From Octopus vulgaris (taxonomy: Eukaryota), in contig OX597816.1 in NCBI GenBank assembly GCA_951406725.2, forward strand, positions 8,680,001-8,744,000: DNA of 64,000 bases. The letters run 5' to 3'. The translations under genes were made by a program, and so were the position numbers. This document shows, in pieces, positions 61,782 to 64,000 of the stretch. Each line of letters begins with the position of its first letter. Within the stretch, counting starts at the first letter, position 1. The notes under the pieces are model-generated. The model worked only from the letters and a program-made list of their open reading frames with translations, had not been told where the DNA came from and did no database searches.

Positions 61782-63599
61782 CAGTTGTCTTCTTCATTGA
61801 CGGCACTAGCAGCCACATAAAAACAATCGAACACTTATTAAGCATGCGGAATCATGTCTGGATCAACCAGTTCTTGCTGTGGTATTTACTAGACAAGCTG
61901 TACAGGAACCATTCTTTATTTTGGACTAGCATGATAAAACAGAAACTACCATGGACACATGAATACAGAATGGTGAGGACTGTGATCAGAGCTCAATGTC
62001 CTGTTTCAGCTCAATGAAGGAAGAGAACAACTGAACACTGTTAGCAAAACTGAGCTTCAAAAGGGTGTTGTATCAAAAAGGACGTGAAATGATAAATTTT
62101 TTTTGCAGCCCATCGGATCCTGCAAACGCCACAGACCAAGTAATCTATTATATAAAATCCGTTCTATCTGTCTGTGTGTGTCTTCTAGGAACTCGGGCAT
62201 CCTCCATCCGATTGCGCTCAAATTCGATATGTAGGGTAACAGGGCGTGTATAAGTTTTGAAAAAATAACAAAAATCGATTCCAGGTGAGAATGCAATCAA
62301 TAAAGCCGTGGGAAAGTGCATTTATACGTGCAAGTACATCAGCTGTTGCAATCGATACTAAGCATACGTGAGAAAAATGCACGTTCAGTTTGCGCAAAAA
62401 AATCATTATGCTTTTCCATCTAGATTTACCTCCAGCTAACCCATTTGTATGCTTCGTTTTTGTCCTGCTTTTCTGCCATCAACCTGTACCTAACTGTACC
62501 TTCCATTTTTTATTCTTTTTGTACTGCTTAAAGGCACATTTTTTTACTGCCAAGCTTACTGTTTAAACCATGTTTGTGTTCTCCCAGTCAACAGCCTTAT
62601 CATTACTGGTACTTTAAACTCTTCGGTTGCATATTTGTGTGAATAAATTCGTTTTTCTTTGGAATAGAAAAAAAGTCTATCTTTATTTCTTCTTTTGCTG
62701 GTGTCTCAAATTTAGGTTAAATCAGTGTTTCTCAAAGGGGAGGCCTATGGGACGGTCAGACAAGTTGTTTTGAGAAAATTTGGTTTAAATGTTTGACAAC
62801 TCAGCACTGTCCATTGGACGGGGGGTGTTTTGCTTGTATTATGTTTAGGAGACGAGCTGGCAGAACCGTTGGCATGCCGGGCAAAATGCTTAGTGGCATT
62901 TCATCTGTCTTTTCGTTCTGAGTTCAAATACTGCTGAGGTCGATTTTACCTTTTATTCTTTCGGGAGTGATAAAACAAGTACCAGTTGAACAATGGGGTC
63001 CCTGTAATCGACTCACTTCATACCCTGAAATTGCTGGCCTTGTACCAAAATTTGGAAGAAATATTAGGAGAGATCAGAACAATTAGCTGAACTCTTCTAC
63101 AAACTCTCCTATGGATTAATATTTGCTGGTGCAGACCATCACTTATGTCGTTGGGTTCTGCACTAGTATACCGAGGAATACTAACCTCTACCAATGAGGT
63201 TGTAGAGGCACATGGCCTAGAGGTTAGAGTAGCGGAGTTGTGATTGAGGGATCGCGGGTTCGACTCTCAGACTGGGCAGTGTGTGTGTTTATGAGCAAAA
63301 CACTTAAGCTTTACGCAGCTCCGGCAGAAGGTAATGGCGAACTTCTGCTGACTCTTTCGCCACAACTTTCTCTCACTCTCTCTCTCCTCCAGCATCTAAC
63401 AGCTCATCTGCGATGGACTGGCGAGCTGTCCAGATGGGGAACCTATACGTCAATGAAACCTGGAAACAGGCCCTTATGAGCCAGGCATGGCTCGAGAAGG
63501 AACAAACAACAACCAATGATGTTGCTGAGTCTATAAATGAAGAAATTATCAACATATTTCATGGAGAATCAGTCAATATGCAAAACCATTGATTCATGC

Positions 63600-63632
<33 letters not shown>

Positions 63633-63720
63633 GGCGATGATGACCAATACAATAACAGAGCTCTCAGAAATAATTTCGAATTTGTGCCACTCCTAACAAT
63701 TTGACTATTGCAAAATTTAA

Positions 63721-63941
63721 CCCTTTAGTGTTCACATTATTCTGCCAAAATTAATGCTTTTACATCCTCATTGTTTTGAACTAATCAGGCATTATCTTGT
63801 AGCTATGAGATTTTGATGTGGTAGCTGTTAATTTTTAAGATGATATTGTAGGGTTGGTGTAAGAGACCAGATATGGCCAATTTGAACATAAAACAAGCAG
63901 AATAATTTTGGCCGGATATGGCCGGTTTAAATGCTAAAGGG
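63721..63941. mobile_element. piggyBac-type MITE
   Basis: TTAA|CCCTTTAG...CTAAAGGG|TTAA. Confidence 0.85.
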
Positions 63942-64000
63942 TTAAACAAGGTTAATGCCATTGAAAAATAATCCAAATAACCCGTTTACATAAATGTATT

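Overview
AT-rich, repeat-dense eukaryotic DNA; the SINE/LINE families and microsatellite load look like a cephalopod (Octopus-like) genome, which is an inference. The only host protein-coding gene I can support is a spliced, plus-strand GMEB-like SAND-domain transcription factor. Its coding exons are 3647-3858, 5389-5744, candidate 10836-10907, 14043-14165, 15975-16097 and 19400-19758; all splice phases are compatible, giving about 414 aa from the ATG at 3647. Nearly all other ORF-track entries are spurious or transposon debris. The rest is nested mobile DNA: RTE and CR1-like LINE fragments, three tRNA-derived SINE families, degenerate mariner and Mutator transposases, MITEs, non-autonomous Helitron-like elements, and Penelope-like element (PLE) remnants. 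The most interesting signals are: (i) a cluster of minimal hammerhead-ribozyme motifs from several PLE-like families, including an inverted pair with a compensatory U3-A8 core and one sense copy in the gene's last intron; (ii) a SINE apparently copied 10 kb with about 80 nt of its 3' flank; (iii) Helitron heterodimers in cyclically permuted order plus a local flank capture; (iv) SINE multimers with a reproducible junction; (v) many palindromes/foldbacks. Repeat boundaries were read by eye and are approximate unless TIRs/TSDs are quoted.
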